Shown here in pieces: positions 27,877 through 39,609 of a DNA stretch of 64,000 bases. The stretch is from contig JBHGNT010000013.1 of assembly GCA_043228905.1 (NCBI GenBank), forward strand, positions 21,165,945 to 21,229,944, given 5' to 3'. Position numbers and translations under genes: made by a program. Position 1 is the first letter of the stretch. The number at the start of each line of letters is the position of its first letter. Under the pieces are notes generated by a model. That model saw only the letters and a list, made by a program, of their open reading frames with translations, was not told where the DNA came from and did no database searches. The stretch is from Azolla caroliniana. Lineage: Eukaryota; Plantae; Polypodiophyta.

Positions 27877-30040
27877 TGTTGAAAATGTAAGGATTATAAC
27901 TTCTAAGGACAGAGATGAAGACATAAGAGATTACAAACTAGATATTGGAATTAACATATAAACTTCTACATATTTTCTTTGATGAACTCACACTCAAATA
28001 TGTGGTACTGTAGTGACTTAAATACATCTAAAATGTGACTATTGTAGTTGTAATAGTCACTCCTATTTTTAGATAATTCTACCTAACTAGTTAGTTTCTA
28101 TTTAAAATTAGAGTTCTTTTCGACAACCCCCTTAACTCTAATTCCTATAGGTTACTGAGAGAGACTTAGCCCAATATTTTTGCAATAGTTCCAATGTTTA
28201 ATACTTGGAATTGGCTTCGTTAAGAAATCAACCCATTTTTTTGGAAAAAAAGAAGAAGAAATCGGCCCACATGTCTTGAGTAGAGGTATAGTTGATGTCG
28301 AGGGTATGTTCTTCGACAAGTTCTGTTATAAAGTGGTATCGGGCCCGAATATGTTTATTTTGGTCGGTGATTTTTCGGTTCTTGGTGATCTTGACACATG
28401 ACTGATTGTCACACTATAACCTAAAAATTTGGAAATTTGTAAAATATCTAATTCTTGGATTATCGATTGAAGCCAAAGACCTTCTTTAGCTATAAGTGTG
28501 GCTGCGATATATTCAGCTTCAGTAGAGAAGAGGGAGACAATGGCTTGCTTTTTCGTACGCCATGCAATCGCTCATCCTGCAAAAGTAAACAAAAAACCTG
28601 ATGTGGAGCGAGAAGAATCAACATCTCCTCCCCAATTTGCATCAGTCCATCCTTGTAGTGGTGTTGTGTTGACAACCATGCTTGTATTTTGGAGTTGTCT
28701 ACCCCAAAGTATGCCTTATAAGTGAGTACCGTATTTCGAGTGTACTTTAAGTACCGTAGTACTCGTTTGAGTGCAACCCAATGATTAAGACCTATTTTTT
28801 CCATCAATCTTGAGAGAAAACCAGTTGAAAATGACTAATATGATCTTGTGCAACTCACCAATTACCGGAGGCTCCCTAATATTTGGAGATAGGGAATATT
28901 CTTCATAACACATGGTACGATGAATGGTGAGGATATCGGAGAGCATTCAACCATACTGAATTTATTCAAGATGTTGTCCAGATACTTTGCTTGTGCAAGT
29001 GATAGTATCCCTAGGCTCTGATTCCTCTATACATGAATTCCAAGAAAATGCTCCCATAGCTCAAGATGTTTGACCGGAAAATGATGTTGTAGCTCCCTGA
29101 TCACCTCTAGAATCTCTTTTTCAAAAGTTCCTGCTATGGGCAAGTCATCCACATAAACTCCTAATATGATGAATTCTGATTTTGTCTTCCGTGCATATAG
29201 GTTTGGTTCAGAGTAAAGCCGTGTGAAGTTGGCATTGAGCAAGAACTTATGTAGCTTGGCATGCCATTTTCTTGGAGATTGTTTTACTCCATAAAGTGGC
29301 TTGTGTAGCTTGCATACATAGTCAAGATACTTGTCATTTTCCATCATTTTGGGTTGTTCCATGTAGATAGTTTCTTCTAAATCTCCATGAAGAAATGTTG
29401 TTTCGATATCTACATGATGCACTTCCAAATTGAGGTATGCTAATATTGCAAGCAAAGGACGAAGGGATGTTATTCTCAATGTAGGTGAGAAAGTCTCATG
29501 ATAGTCGATGACGGGAATCTGTGAAAAGCCTCGAGCTACCAATCAAGCTGTGAATAAGATTGGAGTCCCATGAGCATCACACTTCTTGGTAAAAAGTCAT
29601 TTGCAACTGACAATGTTGGAGTTGGGTGGCCGAGGGACAAGAGTCCATGTTTTGTTTTTAGTAAGAGCAGCTGCCTCCATATGCATAGCATCTATCCAAG
29701 TTTCTTTTTCTGTGCTCCAGAGCACTTGTGTAAGATTAATGATCGGTGCAAGATCCCCTCCTTCATCTTTCATGTCTACTATAAATGCCGATATGTCAGA
29801 TTTGACTTCAACAATGAAGTGCTTTGAGAGGTCTTCTATGATGTTATAGATGTCACTTAACAGTTTTACCTTTTTCTTGCCCCCTTTTTTATTGTTTTCT
29901 AACGCCTCATCTTTGTTACAATGTTCATCATCTGAATCTTCGTCTTCTAATATGATGTAGTTTTGGATTGTTGAGTTACTAAATATACCATTTGCTCCAT
30001 TGATTGTATCAGGTTTGCCTCCCAATGCGAAGATATATAA
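27877..30040 (-). mobile_element. Degenerate Ty1/Copia 3' part (RT, RNase H, PPT, short 3' LTR ~27877-28125)
   Basis: ARGFSQIPVIDYHETFSP, FLHGDLEETIYMEQP, LGVYVDDL, HWVALKRVLRYLK; PPT AAGGGGGT next to TGTCG at 28125. Confidence 0.85.
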
Positions 30041-30049
30041 TTATCTCTT

Positions 30050-30236
30050 TTGCATGAGCATGAGCATGTGGATGTGCCATCTTAATAATCCATAGCTATC
30101 TCCTTCTTGCTTTTATTTAATGTGAGAAGCTCATAATGCATGCAATGGTAGCCTACCTTCTTTTTTTCCCTTTCATTGTTTTAATGCGAAAGCTAATTGT
30201 TTTGCTCAGCCTTGTCTCGCCTTCTTCTTCATGTGA
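30050..30236 (+). pseudogene. 8CM/LTPG-like family relic (copy 3): intron 2 plus a collapsed last exon only
   Basis: TTTGCTCAG|CCTTGTCTC joined directly to GCCTTCTTCTTCATGTGA; downstream ~1.5 kb is paralogous to 24436-25750. Confidence 0.8.
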
Positions 30237-33200
30237 ACTTAGACATTCCTCCACAGATGATTGATGATGATGATCCACCATAATATAACCTACTTTATAT
30301 ATTATATATACTGTGACACAAGAAAGACACCATCTGTACCTAATACCTTGGCACTCTAATATCTCCCATAACATTACCAATAATCATCAAAATACATGCA
30401 CATGTGTGTTTTTGTGTCCCCCCTTATCAAAGGCTCCAAGGGATCAAGAACAAAAGCACAATGTTTTTTTTGTAAATTCAATTTGTGGCATTTTGTCCAA
30501 AGGGATGGAATAATATATTTTCTTTTCCAATTAACATGTGTCAAATGTATAATAGCTCGACAGTCTCCAATGCAGCTTCCCAAATTTTTTGTTTTGTATT
30601 CATGCAATCTGACTGTAACTCCCTCCTATTAAGTCCACTAATGAATGCTGATATGGATACGGATATAGGAACTAAGTCGATGATTAAAATCTCAAAGTAC
30701 ATAATTTTGTCTAGGGTTACATTGGTTAGGCTTCCTCTCTCCAAGATTCGTCCCAAGAGATTGAAGACTACCTAGCCAAAACAACTTGCCCCAAATCTGC
30801 TTTTGCACAAACCACTCAAACATGCCAAATCTTGAGAAAATGTGGAGCGTAGAATACAAAAGAAGAATTGTTCATTTCTGCTTGCTTGCCACAAACCCCA
30901 CGTGAATGTTTCAACAAGTCAAGTCTCTGTTCACACACAAGAAGGCACATCTAGGACGTCCATATACATAAGCAACCCATGTATTTTAGTCTTTATATAT
31001 CTATACATGACGTATGTATGCGTGTATCAATAAAGGTATCGTTTGCAACGTTAGAGAGTCGTCTGATCTGGTAGTGAAAGAAAATATGGGTGCCTTCAAT
31101 TTGAAAGACCACTAAAAACCAATCCTCGTCTAACTACATCTCATGTATGCATTCTGTGTGTGTACACGCAACAATTATCTACATACGTAGGTGGATACCA
31201 TGTAAATGAGAAAGCTCATTTTTTTTATTCAATTTTAAACTCCGACCCATTAATTTCCTTCTTATTACCAATGGTGTGTTGGTATAAAAGATGTTGTGTC
31301 AATGGAAGTATGGCAATCATGTGAGCGCACACAAATTTCTTTATTTGTTTGCATTAACTTCTATTCTTTATGTTCAAAAGAATAAATCGTAACTACACCC
31401 ATGAATCATGATCAAAAGAATAGTCACACACGTCATTGTCTATGTATCAAAATTTTGGAGTTTGTGAGATTAGACTCTCTCTTGGTTGATCTTTACATTA
31501 ACGTGTCCATCATCTTGTTTTATTTATTTTATTTGCGAAGACTTTAGATGTCAAATGAAGTGGTTGTTAGGTTGATATCAATGGAAATTTTTTCACAATA
31601 TCGTAATGTAGATAGAGTCTTCGTAAACAAGATGGAACAAGATATAAACCTTTGCAATCCATGTTATTCTTTGTTATGTGGTACGCCGCACTATTTTTAT
31701 ATCATATTGTCTCATGGTTTATGATCATGTTGTTGTAATATTATTTGGGCACATGATATATGTGTTGGGAATTCGGTCCCTCCAGATGAGAACCGGACGA
31801 GCCGATGAAAGGAACTGGATCGGATGGGATCTAGAAGATATTCGGAAACCGGATCGGATGGATCCGGTTTGGTATCCGACCGGACATTAGTTTATGTATA
31901 TGTTCTGATGTGACTATTTCAAGTCATATTTTTAAATAGTCCTAAAGTTATATAAGTATAAATATAACTAGTGCAACAATGCTCAATATGTTGTATAAAG
32001 AGAGATGGAGAGGGGAGAGAGAGATACAGAAAGATTTTCTGTTGTAACCGTCGGTAGGTGAAGATAGAGCTCGAGGTCCTTGCCTCTAAGTCACCCATTG
32101 TACCCTTCCTCTCATAATGATAGTTGGAGTCTGTGGGCTCTCATGGGTTTTCCCGATTAGGGTTTTCCACGTAAATATTCGGTATCGTTTCCGTGTTTGT
32201 GAAAGGAGTCTATGGGCTCCCGTGGTTTTTCCCAATTAGGGTTTTCCATGTAAACATTCGGTATCATGTCTGTTGTCTTAGAATAACCGGGACAAATCGG
32301 GGACGAGGTCGAAGTCAAGAGGGAGGCCCACTTGCTTTTATTGTAGAAAGTTGGGGCACTTCCAGAAGAATTGTCGACACTTCCAAAAGGAGAAAGGAAC
32401 CGACAATGTTGACTCAAAGAAGGGTCAGGATTGGAAAGAAATGACGGCAATCGCAACAAGTGAGGAAGAACTGTTGTTAATCACCGAGAAGAGTGAGTTG
32501 CACATTGTTAGCAACAAGATGATGTGGGTGGACGACCCCGGAGCATTGTTCCATTTGACCCCTGACCGGAAATGCTTCTCATCCTACAGAGCCGGAGATC
32601 ATGGTTGTGTCCGAATGGGGAATGAAGGTGCATGGCGAATTGTCGGCATCAGAGACGTTTTGCTGACGACATCAACTGGGTGCAAGTTGTTGCTGAAAAA
32701 TGTTTGACACGTTCAAGAGGTTCGGTTGAACCTAATATCAGCCGGTTGGTTGGATGATGAAGGCTACTGGGGTAGCATCTAGAACAGAGTCATGAAGTTC
32801 AGTAAAGAAAGCATGATCATGGCCCACACCCGGAAAATCAACACATTGTAACTTATGTGTGCCCGAATATGCCGGGAAGAAGTGAACATAGTATCTGACA
32901 CTGTTGATGAGTTGTGGCACAAGAGGTTGTGCCACATGAGCTAGAAAGGGGTGAGAAGATTTGCCGAAGATAACCTCATTCCAGAGGTGAAAGATGTGCA
33001 ACTTGAGAAATGCGCCGATTGCTTGGCCGACAAGCAGAACCGAACCTCTTTCCGGTCGAGACCACCGTCAAGACGGAATGCACTGCTCGAACTTGTGCAT
33101 ACTGATGTATGCCAAGTGGACACGAAGTCACATGCCAGATCGCAGTACTTCGTGACATTCATATAGGACCACAACCGGAAGTTGTGGGTCTCACCGCTAA

Positions 33201-35610
33201 AGACGAAGGACCAAGTATTATCCGTCTTCAAGGAATTCCATGTGAGAGTGGAAAGAGAAACCGGCCAGAAGCTCAAGGCAGTTCTAGGAGGAGAATACCG
33301 ACGGTAGTTCGAGGAGTATTGTCGGTTGATGGGAATCCGGCTCGAATTCACTGTGCCAAAGACACCGGAGCTCAACGGATTGGCCGAAAGGATGAACCTG
33401 ATTGTGATGGAGAGAGTATGGAGCATGCTTGCAAATGCTAGGTTGTCCAAGACGTTTTGGGTTGAGGCGTTGATAACGATGACCTATGTGATAAACAGAT
33501 CACCCTCAACGCCCTTGGACGGAGACACCACAGAGAGTATGTACCGATAAAGATATGTCTTACTAGCATCTGAAGTTGTTCGACTGTCTCGCCTACGTGC
33601 ATGTTGCAAAGGACAAGAGAGTGAAATTGGATCTGAAGTTCCGGTCATTCATATTCCTTGGATACGGCGATGATGAGTTTAGTTACCAAGTCTAGGACTT
33701 GGTCAACAAGAAGGTTTTTCGGACTCGAGACATAGTCTTCATGGAAGACAAGACTATTGTCGATTGGGATTCGGAGAAGAAGACACGGGACTTCGGGTCG
33801 ACCGACAGAGATCGTTCGAAAGACACAAGGAACCATTTGGCCGGAAGCTGAATGACACTCAAAGAACTGGCCGGAGTCAGAAAGAAAACCGAACCAACCG
33901 AAGAAGAAGAATCGGACACCGGAACCGAACGAGACCCCGATAGTCAAGATGACTTCCATCCGGATGGTGCTGAGCATAACGGCGAGCATGAACCTCGAGG
34001 TTGAACAACTCGATGTTAAGACGACGTTCCTTCACAGGGACCTTGAGGAGGAGATTTACATGCAACAACCAGAGGGATTTGTCAAGAAAGGGAAGGAGCA
34101 TTTGGTGTGCCGATTGAAGAAGAGCTTGTACGGACTAAAGCAAGCTCCCCGGCAAAGGTACCGGAAGTTCGACTTCTTCATGACCGACCAAGGATACCAC
34201 GTCGATGCAGGGTGACCATTGTGTATTTGTGAAAAAGTTCGATGAAGGAGACTTCCTGATACTGTTGTTGTACGTGGACAATATGTTAATCGTCAGACGA
34301 GACCATATCAAAATCGGAATGCCGAAGAAGGCCATGAGTCGGTTCTTCTCAATGAAAGATATGGGCCTGGCAAAGCAGATATTGGGGATGCACATAGTCC
34401 GAGACTGGACGAAGAAGCAGTTGTGGTTGTCACAGGAGAAGTACGTGACAAAGGTGCTTCAACGGTTCAACATGACGGATGCGAAGACAGTCAAGTCTAC
34501 ACTTCCGGCAAACTGCAAGTTGTCCGGGAAGCAAAGTTTGAAGACAAAGACAAAGAAGTCGGAGAACACGTTCGTGTTCACAAGTGGAAGGATTGCGCAT
34601 TCCACTTGTAGAATCTTCTTAAAACGAAGCAAATACACCCTCGCTACAAAAATTGGATGCACTAGTATCACATGTTCCTCAACTTGATGAGAATTTGCAA
34701 ATATAAAAATACATGATAGGTCTACGAGTGGAGTTCATTAGAAATCATGCAAGTTTAGATGCGTTGATAAGTTAATGTAGGCCTAATAAAGTTCAACAAT
34801 GGCTCAATATGTCACTACTGTGTGACAAGGGAAACACTAACTTAAAGACTTATATTAATTAGGTAAGTTTTACAAAAATATCAGGTGTACTTGTATCCAT
34901 ACTAATAAAATGAGTTATAATTTATACTTTGACCCATACGTGCATGTATATAATTGTGGAAAATGTAGGATAGTGCACATTAGGATAAGTGATTGGAATA
35001 ACTAACTTATTAAAGTATTCAATACTTGTATTTAAAGTTGATCTTATCTATTCCTCAGTTTGTTCATATGGGATCAAACCATATGTATGTAATTGTGGAC
35101 AATGTAAGGCAGTGAACTTTAGGATAATGTTGTGGAAATAACAAACCTATTAGGCTTTCATACCTGTATTTAAAATTGATCTACTCTATTGCTTAGGTGA
35201 TTCACACTGGATCAAACTACGAACGATAATGCAACTGGAACCATTATCAACACACTACACAATCTAAGCAGCAATGGAATAGAAACACAATAGTTTTAAC
35301 AATAGAAGACAAAGATCCATAATAACAATATGGACAATCATGGCAACAATTGTAGGGCCATGTTCTGTTAAGGTTAGCTTGGACCAAAATCAGCCTCAAT
35401 TTAAACTAATTCATGTTTCTCCATAAATTTGGTAGTCAGCTATGCACGCGGTGAAACCAATGTCATAAATCTACTAACCAAGTATATAAAAATAAAATTG
35501 AAACATATAGAAGATTATAAAGAATAGAATCCACTAGGTAAACCCCAAAATTTGTATTAATAATGTGAAATCCTAACAAATCGTCAGTGTCATTTTCTTC
35601 ATAGAGTCTA

Positions 35611-38600
35611 TTACATAGCAATCAATTCATCAACGTCATTTTCTTCATCATCTTGTGTAGAACTCTCTTCGGCTATACATGCATTGGCTTCCCCAGTTAG
35701 CCGAGCCAACGAAATATCTTCTATAAGCTCATCATCAAGCTCTATTAGCTCCCCCGGTTCGCCGGCTAATGGAGGAATAGGCTCTCGCGAAGCAGGTTGA
35801 AACCTTTCTGTATTAGCGAGGTTCTTTGCACTGACCTCCTCATCCTGGTCTGGGCACTCCCACAAAGCCTTAATCCGCATATTAATAAATATAACCTGGT
35901 CCTCGTCCTTCTCCAATGCAACTGTATTTTTAAAGAGCTTCAATGCACATGCAGACATTGTTCCTGTGATGTAAGTAACAAGAAGATTTAGTTGTCAAAC
36001 AAAAAAGATTCGGGATTGGTTATCTCAAGATCGTTACCCTAGTTCGAGGAATACCTGTGTCAGAAAAGAGATCTAATATCCAGTCTCCTTCGATAGAAAA
36101 CATCTCGATCAAGCACATAATAAGTCGCTGAGGTTTTTGATATGGGTTGACAAGTCCCCGTTCTATCGTGGTGACATGTCGCAATTTTCGTGTCACTGCT
36201 GGATATACCAACAGATTTGAACCTCCCACTTCATTAGAATGCTCATTGATTCTCTGTTTCTTAATTTCATCGAAGTAGCCAACCGTGATTTATTCAATGG
36301 CATTAACGAACCGAAAAGTTGGCCCTCTATTTACAGTGGTCTTGATCCTATAAAAAATAATACATTTGAGTTAAGAATAGATTGAACAACCTTAAGAAAT
36401 GCAATATAGTGAAAGACGCCTATAAATAATCCTTACCACGCAAGGTTCTCGATGCCATGGCAATGAGATCTCAAAGCTTGAGCTACCGAGTATCCTTGGT
36501 CGATACTATGAAAGACAACTATTCGCCACAAGGATGCAGTCGTTAGCTCAGCGAAATCCTTGACCATATTCTCCAATTGTTTAAACCTAAACGGTTCATC
36601 ATCATATGATGACCCAGCCATTTGAACTCCGTAAAGAATATCTGCAATCATTAGCGTATATTTCTTCTTTGGCACCTTTTGGATCAAGTCGACGACATCA
36701 CCGCAAACCACATTGTAGTAAAGATCTCTCGTAATATCTTTTTTGTGGCTAAATTTTTTAAAGGAGCCATCTTCCTCCATTTCATACGCCTTGACTAAGC
36801 GACGATCCTTTTCTTTTCTAGCTCGCTCGAGATGTGCAAGGAAGGATGTAGGGAAATCGTGTATATCCTTAACTTCTCCTTGTTTCTTGCCTTGACACAG
36901 TTTCTAATAGAAGCAATATGACATTAGGTATTATTATACAAGCTCTACATATAATGAAAGGGTAATGAAAAACCATCAATACTAACCCAATCCTTGAATG
37001 CAATAAAATACTCTAATAACGCCTTATATGAAGACGTTAGAGGATAATCCTCGGTCACTTGTTCCCAAGTTATACATCCAAGTTGTTTCATCATAACTTC
37101 TTGGATCTTCATGTACACCTTATGATTGTATAATTAGAAATCAAGATTAGAACTTTGAATTACACCATATAGACTACAATTTCAGTATTTGAAAGACTTA
37201 CTTATTGAACTCAGTGACCATTTCTTCAAGGCTTAAATCTTTCGCCACAACTCTTCACAAAACAGACACAAGAAGCTGCTCGTCCTTAATACCTTGCATC
37301 GCTCTCCACAGAGACAGCTTCATGTCGTCTACGGCTTCTTCAATTGTCAAGTCAATTTTCTTGGCGGCTTGTGACTTTAACTCTAGTTGAGGGTCAACCT
37401 TACATTTCTTTTGTCGTTGACCCTTTACCTCCTTATTCTCCCACATTGAGAAGATTTGATCTTGTAGGTCCCATACTTCTCCATCTCTAAACGCCAATTG
37501 AAACCAAGACTAATATTTTCGAAGACCATCAGACTTAACATTATCATCTACAACAATGCCGACTTCATGCAGATATTGACGTCATAGGCCTAGATGTAAC
37601 TTCACACCAAACTTTTGTTTTACGTCCAAATACTCGTGGTGGAAGAACCGTATACACTCAATGGACGACATTTTCTGCCTATAGTCATTATCATTATTAT
37701 GGTCCCATGCCAACAGCTTAGCCTCTTCGGTTGTGAGCCCAACATAAATTTTGCACTCGGCATACTTGAAGAAGAAATTCGTTGGATGTTCTCTCACAAG
37801 TTGCCGATGTGCCTCCGCTGAATGCAATCCACCAATGACAAAGTAATTATATTGATCATGCTTTCTAATATCAAAATCTTCAATGGTTTCACATTCTTCA
37901 GGATCTACCATAACAATAAAAGGCACCACAGTGGCATGAGGATTAATTTTCATTTTTTTCTTGAGATTTTGAACATGCATGCGGTGTGGCTCTCTAATCT
38001 CAAGTGGTCGTCGACCTGTTTTTTCATCAATAGGGGGCCGATGGATGTGTGTTATAGGCAAATTAAACACTTGCCCTTTCCTGACCAGTTTACGCTGCAT
38101 TAACTCTCTCCTTATCTTATTCTGCTCGGATGACAAAACACCCGATGCTAGCTGAGCTCCTGGCGTCCCCTTATTGTCCTCCTCTTCGTTTTCACTTGTT
38201 GAATCGGTGTCCGACATTTTGGTTGTCTTCTTCTTTGGTGGTCTTGACTGGACTTTGGATACCCTTTTTATGGCCTTCAATGGGGAGGGCACTTCATCTT
38301 TTAGAGTTACATGGCCTTGTATATAAGGCCTCAAGGTAACAATAAGGTTTTGTGAGCTTTCAAGATCTTTTTTGAACGCTTCTAGCCCACAAGATTCCTT
38401 TACTAAAAGATCTTCTGAAAGGAACACTTTACGTACCCCCTTGGAGCACTCTATCATTACCAGTATGTTGGCCGAATCTGCATCTTCGTAGTCAAATCGT
38501 AGAATACAACCATACATAAATGGGATTTCCTTTCCAATCTGCCCCTCCCCCTTCTTCTTTGCTGTATACAATACGACTTTTTTCTTTGAGTCGACATATT

Positions 38601-38937
38601 GCATACACCATTCCTTGTCCGTTAGATCACGGTCAGGAAGGTCTTCACCTCCAGTAGCGGCGACAAGTTTCTTTTGGCTAACGTCAATGTGTGGCTGAGA
38701 TTTTGTCTCCTCGTTGAAGAGAAGCTTTTTTCCTCTCTTCATGGTCTCAGGAGCTACCTTGGTCTGGGCTTCGATTGGAGAACCCTGTATGCGAAGCTTT
38801 ATTTTCTTCACGGGTCGGTCCGACAGGTTCTCAAATGACCTATTTAAGAAAGTACATGCAAAAACATAAGTTAGGTGGTCACGTAGATTAAGGTTGTATA
38901 TTAAAATATAAATAAGAAGATGAAGAACAGTTCTCAC
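35611..38937 (-). pseudogene. ParB/Srx-like domain + beta-class N6-adenine/N4-cytosine DNA methyltransferase fusion; multi-exon, about 4 in-frame stops
   Basis: FVIGGLHSAEA...EAKLLAWDHN (ParB-like); CGDVVDLI...LMIADILYG (motif IV); WIK...E; NPYQKPQRLI...GDWILDLFSDTGTMSACALKLFKNTVALEKD (motifs X/I/II); GT-AG introns at 36986-36904, 36436-36348, 36054-35964; one more donor at 37201 with an ambiguous acceptor; true start unresolved. Confidence 0.82.
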
Positions 38938-39346
38938 TAGCAGGCGATTAGTGGTGAAGTGAAAATATCAATCATGCATTCAGAGTACATGGTAGTCCTA
39001 TATTAAAAAATCTATTCTAGGCAGGGCTATTCAAACCAGAAAATATATATCGTAATAAGTAAACAGGGTTATATATTCTTTTAAAGAGGAGGTATGACTT
39101 ATATAAATTCCAGACCTATATTGAGGAGAATTTGCTAACATAAAGGTAATTTGTGGGTTATTTTCTACTCTTTTAAGCTATAGTAGGTCATAAAACACCT
39201 ATAATTAGGGCATGTTTTTTTAAAAAGTAAGGCAAGTCAACATAAAAAAGACTGATTTTGATAGACAATTTGATATCTTTTCCACACAATAATTAATTGT
39301 TGCCCCAAAAACACAATTTTTCTCTTTCAGGGCCTTCTTTTATACA

Positions 39347-39609
39347 GGAACTCGATACGTCGTATCGAGTTCCCGTTTAAAACTTAAACTTTAAACGGGA
39401 ACTCGATACGGCGTCTCGAGTTCGTGTTTAAAGTTTAGGTTTAGACAGGAACTCGATACGCCGTATCGAGTTCCCGTTTAAAGTTTAGGTTTTAAACACG
39501 AACTCGATACGACGTATCGAGTTCCTGTTTAAAAAGCAAAATAAAAAATATGAACTCGATACACCGTATCGAGTTCCTGCACAAAGTTTGTATTGTATTC
39601 AGGAACTCG
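39347..39609. repeat. Array of five 27-bp palindromes (GGAACTCGATACG-N-CGTATCGAGTTCC) plus a half site, ~51-bp period
   Basis: Units start at 39347, 39398, 39448, 39499, 39551; half site at 39602; AT-rich spacers related to each other. Confidence 0.95.

Noticed and set aside
35611-38937. Bacterial contamination or a restriction-modification operon
   Set aside because: The gene has spliceosomal introns, lies within TIRs and a TSD inside a plant Copia, and has no recognisable endonuclease partner
38840-38937. N-terminus MRTVLHLLIY... of the 451-aa ORF as a signal peptide
   Set aside because: It starts at GTGAGA and ends at a pyrimidine-rich TAG, so it is more likely a 98-nt intron read in frame
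39347-39577. CRISPR array (palindromic repeats with ~24-bp spacers)
   Set aside because: The spacers are AT-rich and related to each other (one is nearly the reverse complement of another), there are no cas genes, and the context is eukaryotic
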